Shown here piece by piece: positions 1 through 9,050 of a DNA stretch of 44,371 nucleotides. The position numbers were made by a program, and so were the translations under genes. Source of the DNA: Patescibacteria group bacterium (lineage in GTDB: Bacteria > Patescibacteriota > Patescibacteriia > UBA2591 > UBA6264); NCBI GenBank assembly GCA_016784145.1, contig JADHVF010000002.1, forward strand, positions 178,357 to 222,727. The letters are read 5' to 3'. The notes beneath the pieces are model-generated. The model was not told where the DNA came from. It searched no databases and saw only the letters and a list, made by a program, of their open reading frames with translations. Each line of letters starts with the position of its first letter. Position 1 is the first letter of the stretch.

Positions 1-806
1 TCAAGATATCCTATTGGTTTAATAATATTTATTTTTTTATTAACTTTATCCAATAGTTTATATTCTCTCAGATATTTTTCTGCACGAGGGTGACAGGGAA
101 GGACTATATTCTTAATTTCACAAAAAGCGTTAAAAATTTCTTTCATTTTATTTCTATCATTTGTATTTTCTGCTCTATGAATAGTTGCAAGATAATATTT
201 CTTGGGTTGCAAACTCAGTATTGTTAGTATTTTTGATTTTCTTTCAGCCATTTTTATATTCTTTAAAAAAACATCATACATAATGTCTCCGACATTATAG
301 ACATTTTTAAAAATACCTTCTTTTTTTAAATGTATAACTGCTGTTTTTGTTGGACAAAATAGATAATCAGAAATATGATCAGTTAGAATGCGATTTATTT
401 CTTCTGGCATGTTTTTATCAAAGCTTCTTAAGCCAGCTTCTACATGAGCTACTTTTATTTGAAGTTTGGTGGCTACTAAAGCGCAGGCAACCGTAGCATT
501 AACATCACCAACCACAATAACTAAATTAGGTTTTTCTTTTAAGCAAATCTTTTCAAACTCAATCATGGTTTTACCAGTTTGTTCTCCGTGTAATCCCGCC
601 TTAATGCCTAAGTTATATTTTGGTTTAGAAATTTTTAGTTCTTTAAAAAAGGAGCCAGACATATTATAGTCATAATGTTGACCAGTGTGAATCAGAATAG
701 GGTTAAATTGTTTGTGCTTTTTAAACTCCTCCATTAAAGGGGCGATTTTCATGAAATTTGGTCTTGCGGCGGCAACACATATAATTTTTATCTTTTGTTT
801 AGTCAT
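1..806 (-). CDS. wecB: UDP-N-acetylglucosamine 2-epimerase (non-hydrolysing family), 3' end cut by window edge
   Basis: Absent from the ORF track because it runs off the window. Manual minus-strand translation from the ATG at 806-804 gives MTKQKIKIICVAAARPNFMKIAPLMEEF..HTGQHYDYNMSGSFF..VVGDVNATVACALVA..AHVEAGLRSFD..MPEEINR..HRAEN, the canonical Epimerase_2 motifs. The start overlaps the stop of the upstream gene by 8 nt. Confidence 0.8.
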   Translation of the reverse strand, partial: MTKQKIKIICVAAARPNFMKIAPLMEEFKKHKQFNPILIHTGQHYDYNMSGSFFKELKISKPKYNLGIKAGLHGEQTGKTMIEFEKICLKEKPNLVIVVGDVNATVACALVATKLQIKVAHVEAGLRSFDKNMPEEINRILTDHISDYLFCPTKTAVIHLKKEGIFKNVYNVGDIMYDVFLKNIKMAERKSKILTILSLQPKKYYLATIHRAENTNDRNKMKEIFNAFCEIKNIVLPCHPRAEKYLREYKLLDKVNKKINIIKPIGYL

Positions 807-1758
807 ATGATTTTTTGAACCACTTGATGGTTTGTTTTAGCCCTTTTTCCATGTCGTATTTAGGTTCCCAATTAAATGTTTTCTTGGCTTGGGTGTAATC
901 AAGGCAGCTTGTTATTTGTTCGCCTGGTAATTTTGGTCCGTGTTTTTCTTTAAAATTTGTTTTTAAATTTTCTTGTATTTTTTTGAAGATAGTATTGACA
1001 TCTGTTTGTTTTGAAGTGCCAATATTGAATATGCCGGTTATGTTTTTTTCAAATACATCCATATTTGCTCTTACTACATCTTTGACAAAAACATAGTCAC
1101 GAGTTTGTTGGCCATCACCATTTATTGTTGGTTGTTCATTTGTTAACATTTTATTACAAAAAATAGCAATTACGCCTGCTTCTCCTTGTGAATTTTGTCT
1201 AGAGCCATAGACGTTTCCATGTCTTAAGCTCACAAAAGGAAGATTAAATATTTTAGAATAATAATTCAAGTATTTTTCAATTGTTAATTTAGCAATGCCA
1301 TAAGGAGAAACAGGGGATTCAATATGAGTTTCTGGTGTTGGGATTATATTTGTATCTCCATAAATTGCTCCGCCAGAAGAAGAAAAAATAAATTTGGATA
1401 TTTTTTTTAATTCAGGCGATGAATTTATGAGATTAAAGTTTTTGATTAAGTTTAATGTGCCTAAAATGTTTATTTTTGCATCTGTGATTGGATCTTCGAC
1501 TGATTTACGAACATCTATCTGGGCTGCTAGATGAAAAATGATATTTGGTTTTTCTTGTTTAAAAATTTGAGAAATATTTGAAGATTGAATGTCTGTTTTA
1601 TAAAATTTTGCCTGGCTATTTAAATTTTCTTTTTTGCCTGTTGATAGATTGTCGATAATAAAGACTTTATATTTTTTGTTAATTAATTCATCTACTAAAT
1701 GAGAGCCAATAAAACCAGCACCACCTGTTACTAGTATTTTAATTTTATTTTTTTTCAT
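799..1758 (-). CDS. NAD-dependent epimerase/dehydratase, GalE-like extended SDR (UDP-hexose or UDP-HexNAc 4-epimerase family)
   Basis: 319-aa ORF with an N-terminal Rossmann motif (VTGGAGFIGSHL) and a YxxxK catalytic motif (SPYGIAKLTIEKY). It sits in an operon with sugar-nucleotide genes. Confidence 0.75.
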   Translation of the reverse strand: MKKNKIKILVTGGAGFIGSHLVDELINKKYKVFIIDNLSTGKKENLNSQAKFYKTDIQSSNISQIFKQEKPNIIFHLAAQIDVRKSVEDPITDAKINILGTLNLIKNFNLINSSPELKKISKFIFSSSGGAIYGDTNIIPTPETHIESPVSPYGIAKLTIEKYLNYYSKIFNLPFVSLRHGNVYGSRQNSQGEAGVIAIFCNKMLTNEQPTINGDGQQTRDYVFVKDVVRANMDVFEKNITGIFNIGTSKQTDVNTIFKKIQENLKTNFKEKHGPKLPGEQITSCLDYTQAKKTFNWEPKYDMEKGLKQTIKWFKKSYD

Positions 1759-2344
1759 TTTTTTGAATTAAATTAATTTTATTTTTCTCTTTTTTGTATT
1801 TTTTTTGGCAAATATTACAAATTGTTTCTTGTTTTTTGAATTCTATTTTATTTCCACATTCACAAATCCAGCCGATTTGTTTAGCAGGTACTCCCACTGC
1901 TAAGGCATAATCAGAGATATCTTTGTTCACTACTGCCCCGGCTCCAATAAAAGAATGTTTGCCAATAGTAATACCACAGATTATAGTAGCATTGGCTCCA
2001 ATTGAAGCTCCGGTTTTAACTAAAGTAGATTGCCATTGACCGTATTGAGGATATTGTTTTTTAGGGTATTTGGCTCTTGGATTAGGGTCGTTTGTGAAAA
2101 CAACTGATGGTCCGACAAAAACATAATCTTCTAAAGTAATTAAGTCCCAAACATCAATATTGGATTCTAATTTAATATTATTGCCTAGTTTTGTTTTTGA
2201 GCCAATAAAACAATTATGGCCAATAGTACAATTTTCCCCAATTTTGGCATTACCAAGTATTTGGCAGTGTTGCCAAATTTTTGTATTTTTACCAATGATT
2301 GCTTTATTTGATATTTCAGAAGTTTTATGATGCCAATGATTCAT
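1745..2344 (-). CDS. Left-handed beta-helix N-acetyltransferase, WbpD/WlbB-like, with C-terminal CxC..CxxC zinc ribbon
   Basis: 199 aa with hexapeptide repeats (IGKNTKI, IGENCTIGHNCFIGS) and the block FVGPSVVFTNDPNPRA..GANATIICGITIGKHSFIGAGAVVNKDI..VGVPAKQIGW, which closely resembles WlbB/WbpD as I recall them. The tail is WICECGNKIEF..ICNICQKKY. Confidence 0.7.
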   Translation of the reverse strand: MNHWHHKTSEISNKAIIGKNTKIWQHCQILGNAKIGENCTIGHNCFIGSKTKLGNNIKLESNIDVWDLITLEDYVFVGPSVVFTNDPNPRAKYPKKQYPQYGQWQSTLVKTGASIGANATIICGITIGKHSFIGAGAVVNKDISDYALAVGVPAKQIGWICECGNKIEFKKQETICNICQKKYKKEKNKINLIQKNEKK

Positions 2345-3134
2345 ATAATTTTTCTATTAACTTAGTTGATTTTAGCGCTTGTTTAGGAGTTATTCCTTTT
2401 CCTTTTAATAAATCTTGATAAACATTTCTATGTAAATTTTCATAAGAAAGATTATCTTTGGATGAGAAATTATAGTTAATTCCATTAATTTTAAATATTC
2501 TTTTTTGCTTGTTCTTTGGCGTGTCAGTGCTTATTTTCCAATTACAAATATAGTTTTTTCCTTTGATAATCCCTGTGCCGGTTTTGTCATTTAATGTTAA
2601 TGTTTTGGATTCAATTGGTGTCCCAAATAGATAAATCAAAATATCAAAATAATGAATGCCTAAATTAAAAAGAACACCGCCTGATCTTTGTTTTTGTCCT
2701 TTCCAAATTTTGTAGTACCACTTATCTCTATGAGCAGAGATATCCATTTCTATTTTATATTGAGTGTTTTTGTTTATTTCTTTTTTTAATTGTTTAATTT
2801 TAGGATGATGTCGTAATTGTAAGACAGTAAAAATATTTGGGTATTTTGCTAATTTTTCTATTTGTTTTAAATTAATTGTTAATGGTTTTTCGCAAAGAAC
2901 AATTTTTTTGTTTTTAGCAGCCATTAAAGCCATTTCAAAATGCAAATCATTGGGGGTTAAAATAACAATGCAATCTGTTTTTGGATTTTTAATTATTGTT
3001 TGCCAGTTATTTTGTCCGTGAGCAGTATTTATTATGTCAATAATCTTTCCTTTGGTGTAATAAATTGCTTCAGCATGTCGTGGCATTATAAAGCCAGTTC
3101 CGATAATAGAATAGTTCATATTTTTATAATTCAA
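2325..3134 (-). CDS. Gfo/Idh/MocA-family NAD-dependent oxidoreductase (WbpB-like role suggested by context)
   Basis: 269 aa. N-terminal dinucleotide fold (YSIIGTGFIMPRHAEAI), the EKP motif (VLCEKPL) and a C-terminal GGVLFNLGIHYFD typical of the family. The stop overlaps the next gene by 20 nt. Confidence 0.65.
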   Translation of the reverse strand: MNYKNMNYSIIGTGFIMPRHAEAIYYTKGKIIDIINTAHGQNNWQTIIKNPKTDCIVILTPNDLHFEMALMAAKNKKIVLCEKPLTINLKQIEKLAKYPNIFTVLQLRHHPKIKQLKKEINKNTQYKIEMDISAHRDKWYYKIWKGQKQRSGGVLFNLGIHYFDILIYLFGTPIESKTLTLNDKTGTGIIKGKNYICNWKISTDTPKNKQKRIFKINGINYNFSSKDNLSYENLHRNVYQDLLKGKGITPKQALKSTKLIEKLYESLAS

Positions 3135-3176
3135 TTTGTTTTGCTTGTTTTATAATTTTTTTAAGTGATTGGCTGG

Positions 3177-4475
3177 TTATAAATAAAAGACGTTTTTGTA
3201 TTGTCTGGATTTGATAGCATTTCTAGTATCAACAACTAGGGCTGATTGCTTAGCAAGGACATCATAATTAAACCCAGAATGTTTTGCCAAGATTACAACA
3301 CAGTCATAATTTTTTAAAACTTCAGGAGTATATTTGATTGATTTGAATGCTTGCTGGCCTATTTTAATTTCTTTGACATGGGGGTCAAAATAATCTATTT
3401 TTGCTCTTTTTTTTATTAAATCAGTCATGATCGGATAGGCAGAGGATTCTCTTGTGTCGGCAATATCTTTTTTATAAGCTACTCCCCAAATTAGAATTTT
3501 AGAATTATTAATTGCTTGCTGATTTTTATTTAAGGCAGTTATAATTTTAGTGACAATATAATGAGGCATTTGCTGGTTGATTTCTCCGGCCAGTTCAATA
3601 AATCTAGTATAAAAATTATATTCTTTGGCCTTCCATGACAGATAAAATGGATCTAATGGGATACAGTGTCCGCCTACTCCAGGGCCAGGATAAAATGGCA
3701 TAAATCCATACGGTTTTGTACTGGCTGCCTTAATTACTTCCCAGATATCAATGTTCATTTTTCCACAGACAAGCGCAAGTTCATTAATCATTGAAATATT
3801 CACAATCCTGAAGATATTTTCTAGTAGTTTGGTCATTTCAGCTGTATCAGGGGAGGAAACTATTATGGTTTTAGGAATAAATGATTTATAGAGCAAGCTG
3901 GCTAGTTGACTTCCATTAGCAGTAATGCCACCAATTACTTTTGGTATGTTGGTTACATTGTATTTTTTATTGCCAGGGTCAATTCTTTCCGGAGAAAAAA
4001 CTAGCCAGAAATCTTTACCAACTTTTAATTTTGATTTGGCTAGAATTGGCAATAAAACTTCCCGAGTTGTGCCAGGATAGGTAGTGCTTTCTAATATTAT
4101 TAATTGACCTTTTTTAATGTATTTTTTGATTGATTTAGTTGCCTCTTTTAATGCGGAAATATCAGGTTGTTTATGTTCATCTAAAGGAGTTGGTACACAA
4201 ATAATAATAACATCAACTTTTGCTAAAATGCTTTTATTTGTTGATGCTATTAGTTTTTTATTTTTAACAACAGCTTGTAATTCAGATGATTTTATATCTT
4301 TTATATATGAGTTGTGATTATTAATGGCTTTGACTTTGTTTTTATCTGGTTCAATTCCAAAAACTTTGAATTTTTTGGTAGCCAAGGCGATTGCTAAGGG
4401 TAGTCCAACATATCCCAGTCCAATAATTCCTATTTTAGCTGTTTTGTTTTTGATTAGTTTTGTTAGTTTTTTCAT
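3177..4475 (-). CDS. UDP-sugar 6-dehydrogenase (UDP-GlcNAc/UDP-ManNAc dehydrogenase family, WbpA/WecC-like)
   Basis: The ORF track gives 3177..4517. The preferred start is M15 (MKKLTKLIKNKTAKIGIIGLGYVGLP) at 4475. Motifs: GxGYVG Rossmann fold, the catalytic Cys region PGPGVGGHCIPLDP, and GVAYKKDIADTRES. Confidence 0.8.
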   Translation of the reverse strand: MKKLTKLIKNKTAKIGIIGLGYVGLPLAIALATKKFKVFGIEPDKNKVKAINNHNSYIKDIKSSELQAVVKNKKLIASTNKSILAKVDVIIICVPTPLDEHKQPDISALKEATKSIKKYIKKGQLIILESTTYPGTTREVLLPILAKSKLKVGKDFWLVFSPERIDPGNKKYNVTNIPKVIGGITANGSQLASLLYKSFIPKTIIVSSPDTAEMTKLLENIFRIVNISMINELALVCGKMNIDIWEVIKAASTKPYGFMPFYPGPGVGGHCIPLDPFYLSWKAKEYNFYTRFIELAGEINQQMPHYIVTKIITALNKNQQAINNSKILIWGVAYKKDIADTRESSAYPIMTDLIKKRAKIDYFDPHVKEIKIGQQAFKSIKYTPEVLKNYDCVVILAKHSGFNYDVLAKQSALVVDTRNAIKSRQYKNVFYL

Positions 4476-4567
4476 TGTTTTTAAATAAATTGTCTTACAA
4501 TCATAGCAAATAAACAAAATAAAATCAATTGTTGTTTATTTGTTTAATTATGGTATTATATAAACAT

Positions 4568-6541
4568 ATGAGTGATAAAATTGAACAAATTCTGATTAAA
4601 ATAATTAAAATTGGTGTAATAATTATTTTATTTTTGCCTATTTTAGTTTATAAGCAAGTTCTTTTTCCATATGTTTTTGCTAAAATCTTGGTTTTTCAGA
4701 TTATGGTTGAAATAATTTTGGCTATTTGGTTGGTGCTTGTTGTTAATAATCAAGCATATAAAGTAAATTGGAAGAATCCGCTAATCATGGCTGTCACAAC
4801 CTTTATGGGAATGTTGACTCTAACAATGTTTACGGGTGTTGATATTTCTAAAAGTTTTTTTGGAAATCAAGAAAGAATGAGTGGACTTTTCAGTGTTTTA
4901 CATTTTTATGCTTTTTTTATTATTTTAACCAGTATTTTTAAACAATGGAAAGATTGGCAAAAGATTATTTGGTCTAGTTTGTTCTGTTCGGTTTTAGTCG
5001 GCGTATATGGACTGGGTCAAAAGCTAGGCCTTGATTTGTTGATAAAAAACAAGGCATTGCAAATGAATTCAACCTTTGGCAATCCTATTTATTTAGCAGT
5101 ATATTCAATGTTAAATATCTTTCTGGCCATTATTCTACTGTTAAAAGAAAAAATAAAATTAAGTCAAATCTTGGCTGGTTTGGTTGTTGTTTTTAATTTA
5201 ATCATTATGTTGCTAGCTGCTTCAAGGGGAGTGATATTAGCTTTTGGTGGTAGTTTGTGTTTGTTTTTTATTTTGTTGGTATTTCTTTCTCAAAGTAAAA
5301 AAATAAAAATAGGGCTTAGTTTTTTAATCATAATTATTGTTAGTTGTTTTATTCTTATTCAAATTCCTCAAATTAAAACACAACTGACAAATGCTCCTAT
5401 TTTTGTTAGGCGGTTGGCATATTTTTTTAATAGTTCAAAATCAAGATTAATATCTTGGGAGATTGGCTGGCAAGGGTTTAAAGAAAAACCACTGACTGGT
5501 TGGGGCTGGGAGAATTATGATGTTGTTTTTAATAAACATTATGACCCTTGGTATTTAAGCAAAGGATATAATGCTACTTGGTTTGATAGGTCTCATAATC
5601 AAGTAATAGATTTATTAGCCATGACTGGTATTTTGGGAGTGTTGTCTTATTTGATAATTTTTGGCATTGTTTTTTGGTTATTATTTAAGAAAATAAAAAT
5701 ACTGGATAATTTAAAACAGAAAATTCCTTTTATTCTTTTAGTTTTAATGTTTTTAGCGTATTTTATTCAAAATCTTTTTGTGTTTGATACGCCCTCGGCT
5801 CTAATTGTTTTTTATGTTGGTTTGGGATTGGTTTATTTTTTCACCAAACAACCAGTTTCTCAAATTAGCACACCAGCCCCCAAGTATTTTCCATTGCCAT
5901 TACTAATATTTTTAATTATTATATGTTTACCCTGGATAATGTATGAGTATAATATCAAGCCGTTTTATCAGTCAAAATTAGCCATGAAAGGCAATAATGC
6001 CACTAAGATAATTAACTTAAAAGCAGGATTGCCATGGTATGAAAAATCTTTGCAAGAGCAGAGTTTTGTCAATCCAGAGATTGCTACCCAGATGTCAATG
6101 AAAATAGCAGTTGAATACAAGGATTTAGAAAAAGCTGATTTGCCAACCTTAAAACAAGCGACTGAACTGGCTATCAGGGAATATGAGCAAAGTGTTATGC
6201 AGCATCCTTTTAATGCTCGACTTTGGCTATACTTGGGTCAATTATATGGGTTGGGGTCAAATTATAATAGAAATTATATTGATAAAGCAGAGGAATGTTT
6301 AATAAAAGCTAAAAATTTATCGCCCAGAAGACAGCAGGTCTACTTTGAGTTGTCTAGGATATATGGATATAGAAATGAATATAGTCAGGCAGTTGATTTT
6401 TTAAAGCAAGCCATGGAATTAGATACTAGCATAGCTACTCCAATCACAAATTTAAAAAGATTTTTAACAGCATTAGAAGAAATAGACCCAGAATTAGTAG
6501 CCACTACTAGAGAGTGGTTGACTGAATTAAATAAAAAATAA
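4568..6541 (+). CDS. Polytopic membrane protein with O-antigen-ligase/Wzy_C-like domain and C-terminal TPR-like soluble domain
   Basis: ORF 4529..6541. The likely start is MSDKIEQ at 4568. It has about 12 hydrophobic segments, a periplasmic loop with the SRGV..W.GFKEKPLTGWGWENY..FDRSHNQVIDLLAMTG (Wzy_C-like) signature, and a last ~190 aa rich in helical repeat motifs (ARLWLYLGQLY, QQVYFELSRIYGYRNEYSQAVDFLKQAMELD). Confidence 0.6.
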   Translation: MSDKIEQILIKIIKIGVIIILFLPILVYKQVLFPYVFAKILVFQIMVEIILAIWLVLVVNNQAYKVNWKNPLIMAVTTFMGMLTLTMFTGVDISKSFFGNQERMSGLFSVLHFYAFFIILTSIFKQWKDWQKIIWSSLFCSVLVGVYGLGQKLGLDLLIKNKALQMNSTFGNPIYLAVYSMLNIFLAIILLLKEKIKLSQILAGLVVVFNLIIMLLAASRGVILAFGGSLCLFFILLVFLSQSKKIKIGLSFLIIIIVSCFILIQIPQIKTQLTNAPIFVRRLAYFFNSSKSRLISWEIGWQGFKEKPLTGWGWENYDVVFNKHYDPWYLSKGYNATWFDRSHNQVIDLLAMTGILGVLSYLIIFGIVFWLLFKKIKILDNLKQKIPFILLVLMFLAYFIQNLFVFDTPSALIVFYVGLGLVYFFTKQPVSQISTPAPKYFPLPLLIFLIIICLPWIMYEYNIKPFYQSKLAMKGNNATKIINLKAGLPWYEKSLQEQSFVNPEIATQMSMKIAVEYKDLEKADLPTLKQATELAIREYEQSVMQHPFNARLWLYLGQLYGLGSNYNRNYIDKAEECLIKAKNLSPRRQQVYFELSRIYGYRNEYSQAVDFLKQAMELDTSIATPITNLKRFLTALEEIDPELVATTREWLTELNKK

Positions 6542-6542
6542 T

Positions 6543-7736
6543 ATGGAATTAAAAACAATCAAGCAAATAAAAGATTTGAAAAATAAGCAGGTTTTATTAA
6601 GAGTTGATTTTAATTGCCCCATGGAGAATGATCAAATAATTGATGACACTCGTATTAAATTGGTGTTGCCAACTATTCAATATTTAATTAAAAAACAAGC
6701 CAAAGTAATTTTGATTAGTCATTTAGGTCGTCCAAAGAAGCATTCTCAATCTTCCTTATCTTTAAAACCATTTTATAATTACTTAGTAGCAATGTTTTCA
6801 AAACAAGAAGTGGGGTTTGTTAATGATTGCCTTGGAAAGAAAGTTATTAAAGAGGTAAGCAAGTTAAAGGCAGGGAATGTTCTTTTGTTAGAAAATCTCC
6901 GTTTTTATAAACAAGAACAAGCTAATGAGGTTGATTTTGCTAGACAGCTGGCTAAATTGGCAGATATTTATATTAATGATGCCTTTTCTGTTTCTCATCG
7001 ACAGCATGCTTCTGTTTCATCTATAACCAATTTTTTGCCAAGTTATGCCGGACTATTAATTAACAAGGAAATAAAAATTTTAACAGCTGTTTTAAAAAGC
7101 AAAGCACATCCTTTTGTGGTTTTAATGGGTGGTCAAAAAATATCAACTAAAATTAGCACTATAAAAAATTTATTAAACTTGGCTGATTCAGTTTTAATTG
7201 GCGGGGCTTTGGTTAATAATTTTTTAAAAGCTAAAACATATAATATAGGCAGTTCAATTTATGAAGCCAAAATGTTAACTGTTTGCAATGAGTTAAATAA
7301 TCATAAAAAAATTATTACTCCAGTAGATTTTAAGGCGTGGTTAAATAATTCTTCTCAAAGCAAGTTATTAGAATTAGATGAATTAAATAGTTTCAATAAT
7401 GATTTTGATATTTTAGACATAGGGGATAAAACCATTGACCTGTTCTCAAAACATATTAAAAATGCTAAAATAATAATCTGGAATGGGCCCATGGGGAAAT
7501 TTGAAAACAAGAATTTTTCTAGAGGAACTAAATTAATTGCTCAGGAAATTTTTAATAATAAACAAGCTCGGATAATTATTGGTGGGGGAGATATAATCAG
7601 GGCAATTTCTTCTTTGATTACTGATTTTGATAAATTGCCAGCTAATGTATTTTTATCTACTGGTGGCGGAGCAATGTTAAAGTTTTTGTCAGGGGAAAGC
7701 TTGCCAGGAATTAAGCCATTATTATTCAATAAATAA
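6543..7736 (+). CDS. pgk: Phosphoglycerate kinase
   Basis: 397 aa with RVDFNCP, ISHLGRPK, LLENLRF, and GGGD/STGGGA near the C-terminus. Confidence 0.9.
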   Translation: MELKTIKQIKDLKNKQVLLRVDFNCPMENDQIIDDTRIKLVLPTIQYLIKKQAKVILISHLGRPKKHSQSSLSLKPFYNYLVAMFSKQEVGFVNDCLGKKVIKEVSKLKAGNVLLLENLRFYKQEQANEVDFARQLAKLADIYINDAFSVSHRQHASVSSITNFLPSYAGLLINKEIKILTAVLKSKAHPFVVLMGGQKISTKISTIKNLLNLADSVLIGGALVNNFLKAKTYNIGSSIYEAKMLTVCNELNNHKKIITPVDFKAWLNNSSQSKLLELDELNSFNNDFDILDIGDKTIDLFSKHIKNAKIIIWNGPMGKFENKNFSRGTKLIAQEIFNNKQARIIIGGGDIIRAISSLITDFDKLPANVFLSTGGGAMLKFLSGESLPGIKPLLFNK

Positions 7737-7757
7737 TTATTTAATATTTAATATTTT

Positions 7758-9035
7758 ATGTCTAAAATAAAAAAAGTTTTTGCTCGAGAGATATTGGATT
7801 CTCGAGGAAACCCAACCATTGAAACAAAAATAATATTAGACAATGGGGTTGAGGCCAAGGCAGCCGTGCCATCTGGCGCCTCAAAAGGAAAATACGAAGC
7901 ATTGGAATTGAGAGATAATGACCCTAATCGTTACTCAGGCAGAGGAGTTTTAAATGCTTGTAGCAATGTAATGGGCAGAATAGCCAATACCATTGTGGGG
8001 GGAACAGCAGAAATTCAATCAATGGATGAGACCATGTTGGCTCTTGATGGAACAAATAATAAAAGCAAATTAGGAGCTAATGCTATTTTGTCTGTTTCTT
8101 TGGCAATTGCTAGAGTTTGCGCCAAGGATGCTAATTTGCCTTTGTATGAATATCTTAGAAAAACATATAAAATACATTCTGAAAAATACAAAATGCCAGT
8201 ACCAATGTTCAATGTTATTAATGGTGGCAAACATTCTGATTCAGGGCTGGATATTCAAGAGTTTTTAATTATTCCAATGGGAGGAGATAGTTTTAAGGAT
8301 AGGGTTTTAATCGGGGTTGATATTTTTTCAGCTTTAAGAGATATTTTAAAAAGCAAAGAATTGACTTTTGCGGTTGGTGATGAAGGCGGTTTTGCTCCTA
8401 AACTAAAAAATACTAAAAAAGTTTTTGATTTATTGGCTAGAATTTCAGAATTCACCGAGCATTCGTTAGGCAAGGAAGTATTTTTTGGCATAGATGCAGC
8501 TGCTTCTGTTTTTTATGACACACACAAGAAGAGATATTTGTTTGAGAATAAAAAACGTTCTAGTGATGATATGTTAAAGTTTTACAGAAAATTGTTTAAA
8601 AAATATCCTATTTTTACAATTGAAGACCCGTTTGCTGAAGATGATTGGGATGTTTGGCCAAAATTAACAGCCAAAATTAAAGTTTTGAATGATGATTTTT
8701 TAGTGATTGGAGATGACTTGTTTGGCACAAATATAAAGAGATTGCAAAGAGGGATAGATAATAAAGTAGCTAATGCAATTTTAATTAAGCCAAATCAAAT
8801 AGGGAGTGTTACAGAAACAATGAAATGCATTAGCTTGGCTCAGGATAATAATTATAAGATTGTTATTTCTCATCGTTCTGGAGAAACAAATGATGATTTT
8901 ATAGCTGATTTAGCTGTGGCAGTTGGGGCTGATTTTATTAAAACAGGCGCTCCTAATAGAGGAGAAAGAGTGGCTAAATATAATCGATTAATGGAAATAG
9001 AGACAGAACTTATAAGTAGTCAACAAATTCTATAG
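7758..9035 (+). CDS. eno: Enolase
   Basis: 425 aa with AREILDSRGNPTIE, PSGASKG, IKPNQIGSVTET and SHRSGETNDDFIADLAV. Confidence 0.95.
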   Translation: MSKIKKVFAREILDSRGNPTIETKIILDNGVEAKAAVPSGASKGKYEALELRDNDPNRYSGRGVLNACSNVMGRIANTIVGGTAEIQSMDETMLALDGTNNKSKLGANAILSVSLAIARVCAKDANLPLYEYLRKTYKIHSEKYKMPVPMFNVINGGKHSDSGLDIQEFLIIPMGGDSFKDRVLIGVDIFSALRDILKSKELTFAVGDEGGFAPKLKNTKKVFDLLARISEFTEHSLGKEVFFGIDAAASVFYDTHKKRYLFENKKRSSDDMLKFYRKLFKKYPIFTIEDPFAEDDWDVWPKLTAKIKVLNDDFLVIGDDLFGTNIKRLQRGIDNKVANAILIKPNQIGSVTETMKCISLAQDNNYKIVISHRSGETNDDFIADLAVAVGADFIKTGAPNRGERVAKYNRLMEIETELISSQQIL

Positions 9036-9050
9036 TAATTTTGTAAATTA

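Noticed and set aside
4476-4567. Longer N-terminal extensions offered by the ORF track: 3177-4517, 4529-6541, 17881-19038, 27638-28726, 30146-30880 and 33401-34378.
   Set aside because: The extensions add non-conserved residues ahead of canonical family N-termini (Rossmann GxGxxG, MurG GGGTGG, HrcA winged helix). They also overlap the preceding gene (17881 inside secF) or overlap predicted -10 boxes. Internal Met starts were preferred, though the exact starts remain uncertain.
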